Shown: piece by piece, positions 8,801 through 17,334 of the stretch
How positions within the stretch are numbered: position 1 is the stretch's first letter
Layout: the number at the start of each line of letters is the position of its first letter
Virus record (IMG/VR): IMGVR_UViG_3300025133_000082
DNA length: 20,000 nt
Source: an uncultured virus (IMG/VR IMGVR_UViG_3300025133_000082)
Lineage: Duplodnaviria > Heunggongvirae > Uroviricota > Caudoviricetes
Strand: one strand, 5' to 3'
Translations under genes and position numbers: made by a program
Notes under the pieces: model-generated
Told to the model about the DNA's origin: nothing
Database searches by the model: none
What the model saw: the letters and a program-made list of their open reading frames with translations, nothing else

Positions 8801-9111
8801 GTGATTCTTAACCGAACCATCGCAGATTGCGCTTGGATGAACTTCGTCTTCATCTTATCAAACACATTGTCTAAGGTCTGATTTACATTCATCAAATATG
8901 TTGATAACTGAACAAGACCCGCTTGCATATTCGCGAGTCCCTGATCACTAAGATTCTTAGCCCCGCTGTTCGTCTTCTTTGTCGTCTTTTGATTCTGGAC
9001 AAGCCTCTTGTTCAGCCTATAAAAAGATCTCTCTACTCGATGGAGTGACTTCTCTAACTGTTTCGAGTCTAAATTTACTGTAATTGTACTCGTAGAAGTT
9101 GATGTTGGCAT
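5866..9111 (-). CDS. Tail tape measure protein
   Basis: 1081 aa and helical, with a TP901-like core (AETTEYTKKQVADAFSSLIQSG) and several hydrophobic TM-like segments in the C-terminal half. It follows the tube and chaperone genes. Confidence 0.92.
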   Translation of the reverse strand: MPTSTSTSTITVNLDSKQLEKSLHRVERSFYRLNKRLVQNQKTTKKTNSGAKNLSDQGLANMQAGLVQLSTYLMNVNQTLDNVFDKMKTKFIQAQSAMVRLRITMGIAGEENSDDTTMVAKLGSYRDFETRINQYAETTEYTKKQVADAFSSLIQSGRSAEDAMKQLVPTLQLTTASMGQLGLTEAIQLADLQMTTLGGNVNDTAKNFGMLLRMTQKTKVSFKDLEGVMSSLKGAQTRFGETEQGDGILSKPAEMMALVGIVRRMGLGAKESGQKVEQFTRSIASMYNTARKGELYAHKTSGTMKPRFSLKRQDLLNFFGVARKKGGKEKLKELAKEYGLVDAGLNRIQDEFLKRQLMKRTKSGKFVELGATELIEKLRTSYKNLIKKRGSGEAKAIAQQAFGQEAGAFVLNAVVDFETKGGQKLRDFVVGISKDQDELKKAQEEALKSLENKLKVLSSAEDALSETLMKQDVMTKGLVETYTAMLGTVTSVLRKNKSLTATIGALGRSMQVATDIGFRLGFALTASATFSIALAHSAKVAGGAVTGLSGILKSFYTVFLAPTVRVLLLMSGGLFVVGLGVLALMKHFSDAETIGEGFSNFLGDIKTKAMDASYALKLLFSGEDAFKKKGSAEILANYKNLYDESTRLQNKLKQNPDMNLVREKQIGERLKQLSKEMTTYEKIIGQAGTDRLIESGFTESSDKIVSTVDRLKSIFNGLKIVVDGALGPMGKTMGLILDGLYKVFMLLTLPIRIVLDLLGYFGASADENSKTLTTFGVILGWVLGIFAGFKVIMMIVFIMKKMASTVTGTFTRIASAEARLAGAQRMLTTTTFQNASGWDKLRLKLLAVKGNNDALHVALVRVDQDISKTGVSLGFWGRTLERIRMKQAGFTAGLNKMGRGSTSLGGKLMKVEMGLLAIGGIMSYTGADESGWGKTIFDMVMGLSLLLPLLTMVAPLLWAGAVAMWGFLTPILGVAGAIILIIGLIAGLVAGLAWLGGWWDDDKEVAVSKKLGINVGSSTPSTTSNPNPQGQTTNVHNKQKVTINLDKNMSQRQLEDVRQTIGGEPQGGWDVFTDPNTMMGQ

Positions 9112-9112
9112 G

Positions 9113-9334
9113 TCACTTTCTCCTATATGCTTCTCGCTCTTTGTCGATTATCTCTTCAAAGCACTCAACATACATCTCTCGTTGTCGCGTAGGTAGTGAC
9201 AGTATATCATATTTAGTCCACCCCCATCTCTCTGCGAAGGCGACTATTGTCCTTACGAGTCCCTTCTCCGTAGTTTCCGCCCACTCTTCCCATTTCGCAC
9301 ACCCTTTCGGGTCTTGGGTGTGTCCGAACTGAAA
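9113..9334 (-). CDS. -1 frameshift extension of the tail assembly chaperone (gpGT-like; fusion 10083..9113, about 323 aa)
   Basis: The -1 frame after ATG GGT TTT TTC reads FQFGHTQDPKGCAKWEEWAETTEKGLVRTIVAFAERWGWTKYDILSLPTRQREMYVECFEEIIDKEREAYRRK*. It has no upstream start of its own and stops at 9113, 1 nt before the tape measure ATG (9111). Confidence 0.85.
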   Translation of the reverse strand, partial: FQFGHTQDPKGCAKWEEWAETTEKGLVRTIVAFAERWGWTKYDILSLPTRQREMYVECFEEIIDKEREAYRRK

Positions 9335-10083
9335 AAACCCATCAGACTTAACTCTCCCTCCTCTTCAGACTCACAGGACTCACACACAAACTCAATGTGC
9401 GTGTCTACGCCCACCTGCTCACGCATAATCAAATGTGCGAACATATTCCTGTCTCGCGAAGATAAACGCCTCACATCCTCAGTAGAAGGTGTAAATTCCA
9501 TACCCTCGACCTTCCTGATACCACTAGTCAGCATCGAGGTCGCCATCTGGTTCTGAGCTACCCGCGCCAATAACTCCTGTGTCTTACCTGTGGGGAATGC
9601 CCATGTGATCTTATTGTGATACGTCTCTGTCTTCTCTTGATAGAATCCACGAGGTAACTCAATCTCAACCTCTACAGGCGCATCCTCTTCCCACTCATAA
9701 ACATCTAACTCCTTCAAATCAACGTTGATCTCGTTTGGATGCCCACAACTACCACAACTGACATGAGAATCAAATCTCTCTTGGTTCGATAACATCTTGA
9801 TAGATAACATTAAGAAGTCTCGGTCTGCGACAAACATCTGACGAACGATCTTCTCGTCAATCAATCCAAGTCGGTTTCTCTTCTTCTCTACCAAACCAGT
9901 GATCTCTTGAATACATCGCTGTAACAAGAGAGTCACTCCCTTAGCACTGTTATTCTTAACCTTCTTTGAGGTGAGGTTCTCTTCATCGACACCCGTCATC
10001 TCATCGATAACGACTTCTCGATAACGTACACCATCCACATCTACCCCAATAGGTAGAATCACTTTTTCATTATAATTAAGCAT
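9253..10083 (-). CDS. Tail assembly chaperone (gpG-like, short form), two repeated domains each ending in CxxC
   Basis: Lies between the tube and tape measure genes. Repeated LPxG...TG...DR motifs, CGSC and CESC, and a slippery site near the 3' end. Confidence 0.8.
   Translation of the reverse strand: MLNYNEKVILPIGVDVDGVRYREVVIDEMTGVDEENLTSKKVKNNSAKGVTLLLQRCIQEITGLVEKKRNRLGLIDEKIVRQMFVADRDFLMLSIKMLSNQERFDSHVSCGSCGHPNEINVDLKELDVYEWEEDAPVEVEIELPRGFYQEKTETYHNKITWAFPTGKTQELLARVAQNQMATSMLTSGIRKVEGMEFTPSTEDVRRLSSRDRNMFAHLIMREQVGVDTHIEFVCESCESEEEGELSLMGFFSSDTPKTRKGVRNGKSGRKLRRRDS
9331..9340 (-). promoter_or_regulatory. Programmed -1 ribosomal frameshift slippery site GGGTTTTTTC
   Basis: Two overlapping in-frame X XXY YYZ heptamers (G GGT TTT and T TTT TTC) at the canonical lambda G/GT position. 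Confidence 0.85.
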
Positions 10084-10116
10084 TTTTTAACCTGTTTTAT
10101 GTCTTATGTTTTTTTC

Positions 10117-10611
10117 TTATTGAACTTTATTTGTCTCTTCAATCCCATGATGCTGAAGAACCAACGTGGAGATGACAACATCGTTTGAAGTAGCGTCAAA
10201 GTCACCAATACTATACTCACTAGGGAAAGCATCCTTGAGTTTATAAATCTTCACGATTTCTCCCTGCTTGTTAAAGAGATTAATGATGACATCCATACGA
10301 TAACTATCTGGCCCAAAGTCAGCATGACCGCCATTTGGGGGATTTCCAGTAACACCAACAACATTAGTCACACGTTTAATCCATTGATTGAAATCATCGT
10401 CATAGGATACTCCACGCTCTAAAGTTACGGTGTCATAAGTAACCATACCAGCGAGTTTCTCGACCCTATCAAGGTTATTACCCTCTCGATAATCGACAAC
10501 TTCAATGGAGGTCTTTAAGCCACTAACCTTTTGGAAAGAGGCTCTGGTAAACCCCTTACTCTCTACCGTAAATTTAAAACCTCTATAAATATCTTTCTCT
10601 AGGTTTCCCAT
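10117..10611 (-). CDS. Tail tube protein (T4 gp19-like, Afp1/Pvc1 type)
   Basis: FKFTVE...FQKVSGL...EVVDYREG...KLAG...YDTVTLERG...FNQW...AFPSEY..GDFDATSNDVVI. Confidence 0.95.
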   Translation of the reverse strand: MGNLEKDIYRGFKFTVESKGFTRASFQKVSGLKTSIEVVDYREGNNLDRVEKLAGMVTYDTVTLERGVSYDDDFNQWIKRVTNVVGVTGNPPNGGHADFGPDSYRMDVIINLFNKQGEIVKIYKLKDAFPSEYSIGDFDATSNDVVISTLVLQHHGIEETNKVQ

Positions 10612-10615
10612 CTTT

Positions 10616-12454
10616 CTACTCCTCTACGCTAGTTCCGCCAGTTTGTGACTGACTGAACTTGAAAATAATGAACTCGGCAGGACGAAGTAGCGCAACACCT
10701 ACCTCTGCATTCATAATGCCCTGACGCATATCAGATGATGAATTGTTTGTACCGTCAATCTTGACGTAGAAGGACTCTGCGTCAGAAGATCCCGCTAATT
10801 GACCCGTTCCCGCCAAACTACTGAGGAATGACTCTAGGAGGTTTGTCATCTCTCCCCAGATCACAGGCCCATTGTTCTTAAAGAGATAAGGCTTGGCGAT
10901 GTTCTTTGCATTGTCTTCAATGAAGGTCATCATTCTACGAACATTGATGTAGGTGAAGTCCTCTTTTGATGAAAGCGTTCTCGCTCCAAGAGTAAGAACC
11001 CCTGACAAAGCACCATTCGCTTTAGCCATCAAACGGAGACAGTTAATCCCCATAACATTCAATGAACCATGATCAGCGTCTGAGATCTCAGAACCTACTC
11101 CAACCACGCCCTTGATAAGACCAGACTCCCCATGCCCCGCAGGACTTGAAGAGATACCACCGAGTGGAGGACTCATTCCGTCAACGCGACTGTAAAGACC
11201 CGCGACTGCGCCTGAACAAGGGATTGTCTTTGTGACGTTACTGTTTGGCTTCTTAACCTTAATATGAGGGAAGTACATAGCTCCCCAATAACTGTCAACA
11301 CCGAGACTTCCTGCGCGATAATCCCCAACACTACCTCCGCCTGTTGCTTTACCCGTAAGACCCGCAGGAGTGTCCAAAATAGCGAACATATCCATTCGGT
11401 TTCCGCAGAACTCAAGCATACCCATTTGGAGATTAGGGAGCATCGCGGTGGTGATCTTCCCAGCACTGTCTGAAGGAGGGATTACCAAGAGATTCGCCTT
11501 CTTAGGACTTAAAGAATCAATCCCTCGACCATCACTGTCGCCCGTAATGTCAGCAAGTACAAGACCCAGCAATTCATCATTACCGTTATTAGTTAAGGCC
11601 CAAAAAGTATTCGGAGCTAACTCAGTCTCCTCAACCTCTTTTGCGCTCATAGCACCCGTAGGGAGGAGGTCTTCAACCTTAATGTATGAAGACCCAATCT
11701 CGGTGTCATTCACCAAAGTCTCCACATAGTTATCAGCATCAGGGTTCATTGAAACAGTATCCCAACGCTCGATCTCTAAATCATCCGTATCATGTACAGT
11801 GAGATTGTACTCAAGAGAGATAATGGTTGAGGTTGGAGCAATCACTCCACCGATTGCGTCTGTAAGAGTAACGTAATGTTTTAGAACACCCCCATCCAAT
11901 TTTGAGTAAGTGTCTTTAACCACAGCATAAGTCAATGTTCCATTTTCATCGATCTTTAGAACTGCACCGCTCACCATCCCATTAATAGAACTAACATGAA
12001 TCTCAAGATCCGTTGCTACTGTGACAGTATCAACAGTAGCACTCACTCGTCCAGAAAGAGCCATTCTGACAGTAAGGGTTTTACCCGCAACCCCAAAAGA
12101 ATCATCCCCTCTGTAACCCGCTGAGACTTCCAGCAAATTAGCCGAATTAAGTTCATCGGTGAAGGTAAAATTCGCACTAACAGGATTGGATGCAACCGCG
12201 TACATACGAACCACATAACAAGAAACGCCACCGTTCTGAAAGAAGGAGCGCACTGAGTAATACAGATTCTCGTTCTCTACAGGCCCACCGAAGATTCGAG
12301 TAAAGTCTGCAAACGCGGTGATCAAAATTGGACGATCAACTGGGCCTCGTGCGGTCGCACCGACAAAAGCACCAATAGATGTAGAAACTCCTGTTGGAGC
12401 CTGTTCAGGAGATAGGATCTCCTCAATGTAAATATCTGGTCTAGTATAGCCCAT
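10616..12454 (-). CDS. Contractile tail sheath protein (FI / gp18 / Afp2-4 family)
   Basis: N-terminal YTRPDIYIEE...GVSTSIGAFVGATARGP and SFFQNGG..CYVVR. C-terminal FAILDTP, AMYFP, LNVMGINC, GARTLS, YINVRR and RPAEFIIFKF. Confidence 0.96.
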   Translation of the reverse strand: MGYTRPDIYIEEILSPEQAPTGVSTSIGAFVGATARGPVDRPILITAFADFTRIFGGPVENENLYYSVRSFFQNGGVSCYVVRMYAVASNPVSANFTFTDELNSANLLEVSAGYRGDDSFGVAGKTLTVRMALSGRVSATVDTVTVATDLEIHVSSINGMVSGAVLKIDENGTLTYAVVKDTYSKLDGGVLKHYVTLTDAIGGVIAPTSTIISLEYNLTVHDTDDLEIERWDTVSMNPDADNYVETLVNDTEIGSSYIKVEDLLPTGAMSAKEVEETELAPNTFWALTNNGNDELLGLVLADITGDSDGRGIDSLSPKKANLLVIPPSDSAGKITTAMLPNLQMGMLEFCGNRMDMFAILDTPAGLTGKATGGGSVGDYRAGSLGVDSYWGAMYFPHIKVKKPNSNVTKTIPCSGAVAGLYSRVDGMSPPLGGISSSPAGHGESGLIKGVVGVGSEISDADHGSLNVMGINCLRLMAKANGALSGVLTLGARTLSSKEDFTYINVRRMMTFIEDNAKNIAKPYLFKNNGPVIWGEMTNLLESFLSSLAGTGQLAGSSDAESFYVKIDGTNNSSSDMRQGIMNAEVGVALLRPAEFIIFKFSQSQTGGTSVEE

Positions 12455-12462
12455 TTAAAACC

Positions 12463-13188
12463 TCATTTCTTTTTAAGAAACCAAAACTTGTTGTCATCAA
12501 AGGCGAAATTCCTGTGGAGTGTTTTATCGGCATCTATAGCTTTCTCAGACGACTGAGGTCTATTATACACATATTTTGGTCTTTCTGCGCCTTCTTCAAA
12601 GATAATTTTATTCTGAGTCCTCACTACGTTAGACTCAATCCGTATCTCGTTTATACCCTTTTCATGTGAATCGTTATCCGTATCCTCAATATCTGCTAGG
12701 ATAGAGAAACTCCATGTCTTTTGGTAAATGACTGTATCAATGTCGACTTCATTAAAACTATTAAAGCTCTCTCTGAAGACATGATAATGAACACCCTCAA
12801 CTTCTATTGAGTCTCTGGGCGCAAATCGAGATTCCACCCAACGCATTAAATCTCGGTCTTCCCAAGCAGATAAGGCGTTTGTGGTTACTTCATAATTGAT
12901 CCGATAATACTCACCTACTCGCCTCTTAATGAAGGTCGGTGGCGAGGTTTGGTAATTCACCTCAACATTATAATCAGACTGACTATCATATAAGTCCGTC
13001 TCAGGGATCATCCCATTAAACATGATCGAGATAGAGGGATACCTCTGATCTTCTGCCTCCTCTATATCAGGGTAATCTAAAAAGACAGGAACAGCGTTTC
13101 TTCGCCCGTTTCTGTCTGACATTACTCTGCCCGTAAAGGTTTTAGCGAAGGCATCTTCGATCTTATATAGCGGGTGCGCCATGTCCAC
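12463..13188 (-). CDS. Tail terminator / tail completion protein (Pvc16/gp15-like position)
   Basis: Lies immediately upstream of the sheath and shows a YPSISI...YRINYEVT pattern. The start may be the ATG at 13182. Confidence 0.6.
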   Translation of the reverse strand: MDMAHPLYKIEDAFAKTFTGRVMSDRNGRRNAVPVFLDYPDIEEAEDQRYPSISIMFNGMIPETDLYDSQSDYNVEVNYQTSPPTFIKRRVGEYYRINYEVTTNALSAWEDRDLMRWVESRFAPRDSIEVEGVHYHVFRESFNSFNEVDIDTVIYQKTWSFSILADIEDTDNDSHEKGINEIRIESNVVRTQNKIIFEEGAERPKYVYNRPQSSEKAIDADKTLHRNFAFDDNKFWFLKKK

Positions 13189-13762
13189 CTCCGAATAACG
13201 CTTTCTTTCTATCCCTCATATATAACTCAATCGCCCACTCAAAACTAATTTTATTGTTCTCTCCCCACTCACCAAAGATGTCCCCAAAATGTCCGTCCTT
13301 TATAAAAGGTAAACAAGTGTCATTAAACCTCTGTGCAATAAAGGATGCTTTAGGGGTCTTTTCTCCCATATTCCAATGGAAGTTAATCCCCTTAACAACC
13401 CGATTACTAAAGGAGGTAGAGACTTCAATCCTGTCTCCCTTGCCCTTATCCATACGGATCAACAACACTCTCGGCCCCATCAATAACGTCAGAGGATTAT
13501 GGATGTCATAGTGAGGTTTGTGGCTACCATGACCCGTAGACTCGTATTCCTTAGTCCCCACATACCCTGCGATGCCGTTTATTAACTGTTCCCTAAGCAT
13601 AGGGATACGACCCTTTAAACGATCCCTAAAGATCTTCTTAACGTCCCTTACGATCTCTTTTCTAGACATCGCTTTCTGTAAAGCTCTTAAATCAGTACCC
13701 GTAGTATTAATCTTAATACCCATTATCGTACCGCGAGTCTTTACAGTCATATTACGAGTCAT
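13163..13762 (-). CDS. Putative neck/tail-completion protein
   Basis: Basic 199-aa ORF coupled (ATGA overlap) to the upstream gene, in the position usually held by HK97 gp10-like genes. No motif recognised. Confidence 0.4.
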   Translation of the reverse strand: MTRNMTVKTRGTIMGIKINTTGTDLRALQKAMSRKEIVRDVKKIFRDRLKGRIPMLREQLINGIAGYVGTKEYESTGHGSHKPHYDIHNPLTLLMGPRVLLIRMDKGKGDRIEVSTSFSNRVVKGINFHWNMGEKTPKASFIAQRFNDTCLPFIKDGHFGDIFGEWGENNKISFEWAIELYMRDRKKALFGGGHGAPAI

Positions 13763-14190
13763 AGGTATTCTACCTCTTTCTCGCCTAACTTCTCCCTTAA
13801 TAAGATAGAAAAGAATAGAGGTCTATCCTTTAACCTACCCGTCAAGGCACTTTGGGTTATTCTCCAGACCCTTTTATCGAAGATTATTAAATCACTAGAG
13901 GTGATCATCTTCTCTAAAGCCGTAGAATTACCAAATAACTTTTTCACTGAAGAGATCGGGATCGTCAGAGTAGCCGTCCTCTGAGAACCTTCCCCTATCG
14001 GAGTTAATAACTCCTCAGTAGGTGCTCTTGAGATACTCCCTATAAGTGTATAAGGACTCTCATAAGCGCGTTTGCGCTGACGGTATATACCACCAGTCGC
14101 TGTAGGGATGTATTTGAGAAGCCTAAACTCCTCGCCATAGATACTATGGCCCCTCAATAACGCTTTTTCAGCTACGTCCACTAGACTCAT
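13759..14190 (-). CDS. Putative head closure (stopper) protein
   Basis: 143 aa, beta-rich (DLIIFDKRVWRIT). It follows the adaptor gene with an ATGA overlap. Confidence 0.6.
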   Translation of the reverse strand: MSLVDVAEKALLRGHSIYGEEFRLLKYIPTATGGIYRQRKRAYESPYTLIGSISRAPTEELLTPIGEGSQRTATLTIPISSVKKLFGNSTALEKMITSSDLIIFDKRVWRITQSALTGRLKDRPLFFSILLREKLGEKEVEYL

Positions 14191-14975
14191 ACCACTACCA
14201 CTGATGATGCCTGTGAATATGACTTTAGGTCATTACTGTTTACAACCACCAACCGATAATACCACTCTCCCGCAACAGGAGTGTCTGTGAATGTGCTTAT
14301 TTGATTATCACTCGTTGTAAAGATGGCAGAACTTGTTGAAAAGTCGTTATTCGCCGCACGTTCTACATGGTAGAAGTTAAAGTATGCGTCTTGGACTCTT
14401 CCCCAAGTAATCTTCACACTGCTACCCGATAACGCTATCGCAAAATCAGGAACCGCAATCGGATCATCAAACATATAAGACATCCTACGACCTGTTCTTA
14501 GACTCATTCGAGTCATAACAGCTTGTTGGATACCTGCACCCTCATCACCCCGATCTTGGAGCCTGAGAAGCGCATTGTTATATTCGTCCTCTAACTTCTC
14601 CGCCAATTTGAGCCAATACTTTGGCCCCTCTAGTGGCATCTGCTGTCTTTGGACTGTTAATTGAGGGACAGTGACAATCTGATCAGGGACATTAGGGAAA
14701 TCCTCAACGTCTCCAGATGCGCCTTCGCCACCCCTCACATAACACATATTTATAGTCCCCCTCACCTCCAACAAGTATTCATACTTGGTAGGTAAGAGGT
14801 CTATAGTATAGGCAGAATCGAGGTCTAAATTGATCCTCCCTAAACCACTGTACACTGAATCAATGTAGTGGTTATCTAAATAAACAGGTCGACCCTCATC
14901 GCGGGATTCATGGTGACTAACAGTGTCATGCACCCTAGATCTGATACGTCTCACAAGAGAGTTTATATCTGCCAT
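14187..14975 (-). CDS. Putative head-tail adaptor with a C-terminal fibronectin type III domain
   Basis: Helical N-terminal ~170 aa (LVRRIRSRVHD...YWLKLAEKLEDEY) in the adaptor position. The C-terminal SVKITW...FYHVER...TFTD...WYYRLVVVN...S is an FN3 pattern. Confidence 0.7.
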   Translation of the reverse strand: MADINSLVRRIRSRVHDTVSHHESRDEGRPVYLDNHYIDSVYSGLGRINLDLDSAYTIDLLPTKYEYLLEVRGTINMCYVRGGEGASGDVEDFPNVPDQIVTVPQLTVQRQQMPLEGPKYWLKLAEKLEDEYNNALLRLQDRGDEGAGIQQAVMTRMSLRTGRRMSYMFDDPIAVPDFAIALSGSSVKITWGRVQDAYFNFYHVERAANNDFSTSSAIFTTSDNQISTFTDTPVAGEWYYRLVVVNSNDLKSYSQASSVVVV

Positions 14976-14997
14976 GTTGGTCGACCCCGCTCATCTA

Positions 14998-15318
14998 TTA
15001 GATACATCTACCGCTATTGATTAGATTCTCAGCGACTGTTCTTGGGAAAGTGTAAATCTGACCCTCCTGTAATTGATAGTTATATTTTCCAATACTACCC
15101 CTTACGCTGACCAACGCTTTGACCTTAACGGACTTCTCAATAGGCTTCTTCGGTGCTACCTGAACCTCTTCGGTCTTAGGTGGAACCTCTGGGATAACCG
15201 CTTCTGTGTTCTTCTTTTTAGGCTTAGGCTTTGCGACTGCTACTGCAATCTCGGTCGCTTCTTCTTCAGCAACCTTTTTCTTTCGCCCACGCTTTTTTGG
15301 TGTTGTTTGCTCGGTCAT
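14998..15318 (-). CDS. Small capsid-adjacent protein (disordered K/E/P-rich N-terminus, compact C-terminal domain)
   Basis: Directly follows the major capsid gene. The C-terminal VKVKALVSVRG...QEGQIYTFPRTVAENLINSG resembles small post-capsid (lambda FI-like) domains. Confidence 0.45.
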   Translation of the reverse strand: MTEQTTPKKRGRKKKVAEEEATEIAVAVAKPKPKKKNTEAVIPEVPPKTEEVQVAPKKPIEKSVKVKALVSVRGSIGKYNYQLQEGQIYTFPRTVAENLINSGRCI

Positions 15319-15331
15319 CTTTTAAACCTTC

Positions 15332-16291
15332 TTAGAGAGTGTACAGCTTCACGCCATAGTTACCCATGAGTGCTTTAGTCCCAAAGATTGAGTACCAAGC
15401 GAGTCCACGAGTACGACCGAAATCCTCTACACCGTTGTCACGAAGTTCAACAGGGAGGGCATCAGCGACATAAAGACACTGATCTGCGAAGAGAAGAGCC
15501 TCATACACATCAGCACCACCATTACCAGAACCAGTCAAAGCAGCATCAAGACCAACACCTGCATACGCGCCATTCTTAGCATGAGTAGTCGAGATGAAGA
15601 CAACGTCTTCCCATCGGCCTAACTCACCGCTGAAGAGATTACGAGTGTTCGCATAGTTATTTGCACTCTGCCAATCACCATCTCTACGCAATTCAGTCGC
15701 CTGATGAGGATGGAGGAAACAGACATAAAAATCACCATTGAACTTTGGTGCATTCTCAATCTGCAACTTCTTAACGCCTTCGCGCACAATCTCAGTATCA
15801 AACTTCTCTGCAACACTCAAAAGGTTTGCACCCGTCATTGCAGAAGCATCGTAGAAGATCTCGTGAGTAAGATCAGCAGAGAGAGCGTCACGAAGAGCAA
15901 CGTCACGAGCGACAGCATAGTCCCGACCCAAGAGAGTCGCAGTCTCTGCCATGAGATCGTCATAACTCAAACGGAGGAGCTTCTCAGAAACATTTACTGC
16001 GTTTCCGTACTCAGTAACTTGGATAGTCTTCTGAGATGCGGTCATTGCTTGTGCAGAGAGACTCGTATGCTCGTCTATAGTACCGCCTTGAGTAGCGAGA
16101 TCATCATAGATAGTGAACTTGAGATTCTCACCAGCACTCGCCATAAGGTCTTGCTTACGGACTGCAAAGTCCTCGAATCGCATGATCCCCTGCGCTTCGT
16201 GCAGAATGTCTAATGAATATACGTCTAAAAGTGCCTCTGGAAGTCGAGTCCATGGGGCTTGTGTTGCTACGCCTGAACCTACATTTGCCAT
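15332..16291 (-). CDS. Major capsid protein, N4-gp56 family (HK97 fold)
   Basis: VTEYGNAVNVSE, YVCFLHPHQATELRRD..W..ANNYA...LFSGELGRWEDVVF, DFGRTRGLAWY. SD AAGGAG upstream. Confidence 0.93.
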   Translation of the reverse strand: MANVGSGVATQAPWTRLPEALLDVYSLDILHEAQGIMRFEDFAVRKQDLMASAGENLKFTIYDDLATQGGTIDEHTSLSAQAMTASQKTIQVTEYGNAVNVSEKLLRLSYDDLMAETATLLGRDYAVARDVALRDALSADLTHEIFYDASAMTGANLLSVAEKFDTEIVREGVKKLQIENAPKFNGDFYVCFLHPHQATELRRDGDWQSANNYANTRNLFSGELGRWEDVVFISTTHAKNGAYAGVGLDAALTGSGNGGADVYEALLFADQCLYVADALPVELRDNGVEDFGRTRGLAWYSIFGTKALMGNYGVKLYTL

Positions 16292-16318
16292 AATTATTCT
16301 CCTTGATTAAATGAAAGT

Positions 16319-17044
16319 CTAATTTCTAATTGAATCCAAAGCCTGTGCAAGCATCTTCTGTCTTAATGACTTATACTCGTCTGGCTTTAGTTTTGATAAA
16401 TTCCAACGATCTTTCTGAGGAGCGATAGAAGGTTCTTGATTGTTAGGTGAAACAGGTTTCGGTACGTTTACCGCCAATTCCCCCCGAATCTTATCTTCTA
16501 GTCTCTCTTTAAGAGCGTTCTCTTTTTGTAATTGGATCTCGATAGAATTATCAATCTCCTCTGGGGTCGAACCCACAACCATATCAGCAGATAATAAACC
16601 CGCCTCCTTGATACGCTTCTCCCGATAAGAACGAGCTTCGGACATCTTGACTTTATTGTCAGCGTCTTCAGCCACCGTTTGTAACTTCTCAGTTAATGAA
16701 GCGTTCTGTGCGATTAACAGGTCGATCTGCTTGTTTACCTTCTCATATTCGCTGAGAGACGAATCTTTGATTGTCTTTAATTGTTCTCTCGTGGAATTGA
16801 GTTCTTCTTCCACCTTCTGATTCTTTAAAGCGAGAGCGTCATTCTCTTCTTTCGTCTTATCTAAAGACTTCCGAAGTTTACTCTTCTCTTCACTCCTGAC
16901 CTTATTAAGCATAATCTCTACTTGATCCTTTGTAATATACTCAGGACTAGAGTCAGCTTTGGCGGTCTTCTCAGATTGAGGTTCCTGTGGGGTGACTTGA
17001 CTTTCATCTTTATCATTTACGGGATTTGTTGGCGTGTCACTCAT
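16319..17044 (-). CDS. Capsid scaffolding protein
   Basis: Charged coiled coil immediately upstream of the capsid gene, with GSTPEEIDNSI and a terminal short helix (LSKLKPDEYKSLRQKML). Confidence 0.8.
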   Translation of the reverse strand: MSDTPTNPVNDKDESQVTPQEPQSEKTAKADSSPEYITKDQVEIMLNKVRSEEKSKLRKSLDKTKEENDALALKNQKVEEELNSTREQLKTIKDSSLSEYEKVNKQIDLLIAQNASLTEKLQTVAEDADNKVKMSEARSYREKRIKEAGLLSADMVVGSTPEEIDNSIEIQLQKENALKERLEDKIRGELAVNVPKPVSPNNQEPSIAPQKDRWNLSKLKPDEYKSLRQKMLAQALDSIRN

Positions 17045-17082
17045 GTATTATGTGTTCCTCGGTTAAGGTGTTCTAAAGATCT

Positions 17083-17286
17083 TTAGCGTAAACGTGGAGA
17101 TTGTGGAGCGCGTCTAGCGTGTTGACCCGCTTCGTTTTTGTTCATCTCAATCTTCGCGCCTTGAACCTTTGCAGGATTGTCTGCGCGAGGAGTGGTGAAG
17201 TAATCGGTTGTCCCACGATCACTGCTGTCGATTCCAGATTCAGAAGCAGATGCGCTCTGAGCTTTATTGGTTGAGTACATAGGCAT
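17083..17286 (-). CDS. Small hydrophilic hypothetical protein (67 aa, MPMYSTNKAQ...)
   Basis: SD GGAGG at 17298..17294 lies 7 nt before the ATG at 17286. The longer starts in the ORF track fall in an AT-rich intergenic stretch. Confidence 0.65.
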   Translation of the reverse strand: MPMYSTNKAQSASASESGIDSSDRGTTDYFTTPRADNPAKVQGAKIEMNKNEAGQHARRAPQSPRLR

Positions 17287-17334
17287 ATACCTACCTCCTG
17301 TTTTACTTTTGGAAGAAATTGTAGAAACATTACA

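Noticed and set aside
1470..13188. Interpretation as a stand-alone eCIS/tailocin or T6SS locus
   Set aside because: Portal, scaffold, capsid and neck genes are contiguous with the tail genes. No Afp15-like ATPase or T6SS membrane-complex genes are seen in the window.
11173..15816. Alternative-frame minus-strand ORFs 11173..11466, 12043..12231 and 15619..15816
   Set aside because: They are short, nested within the sheath or capsid genes, and have no recognisable product.
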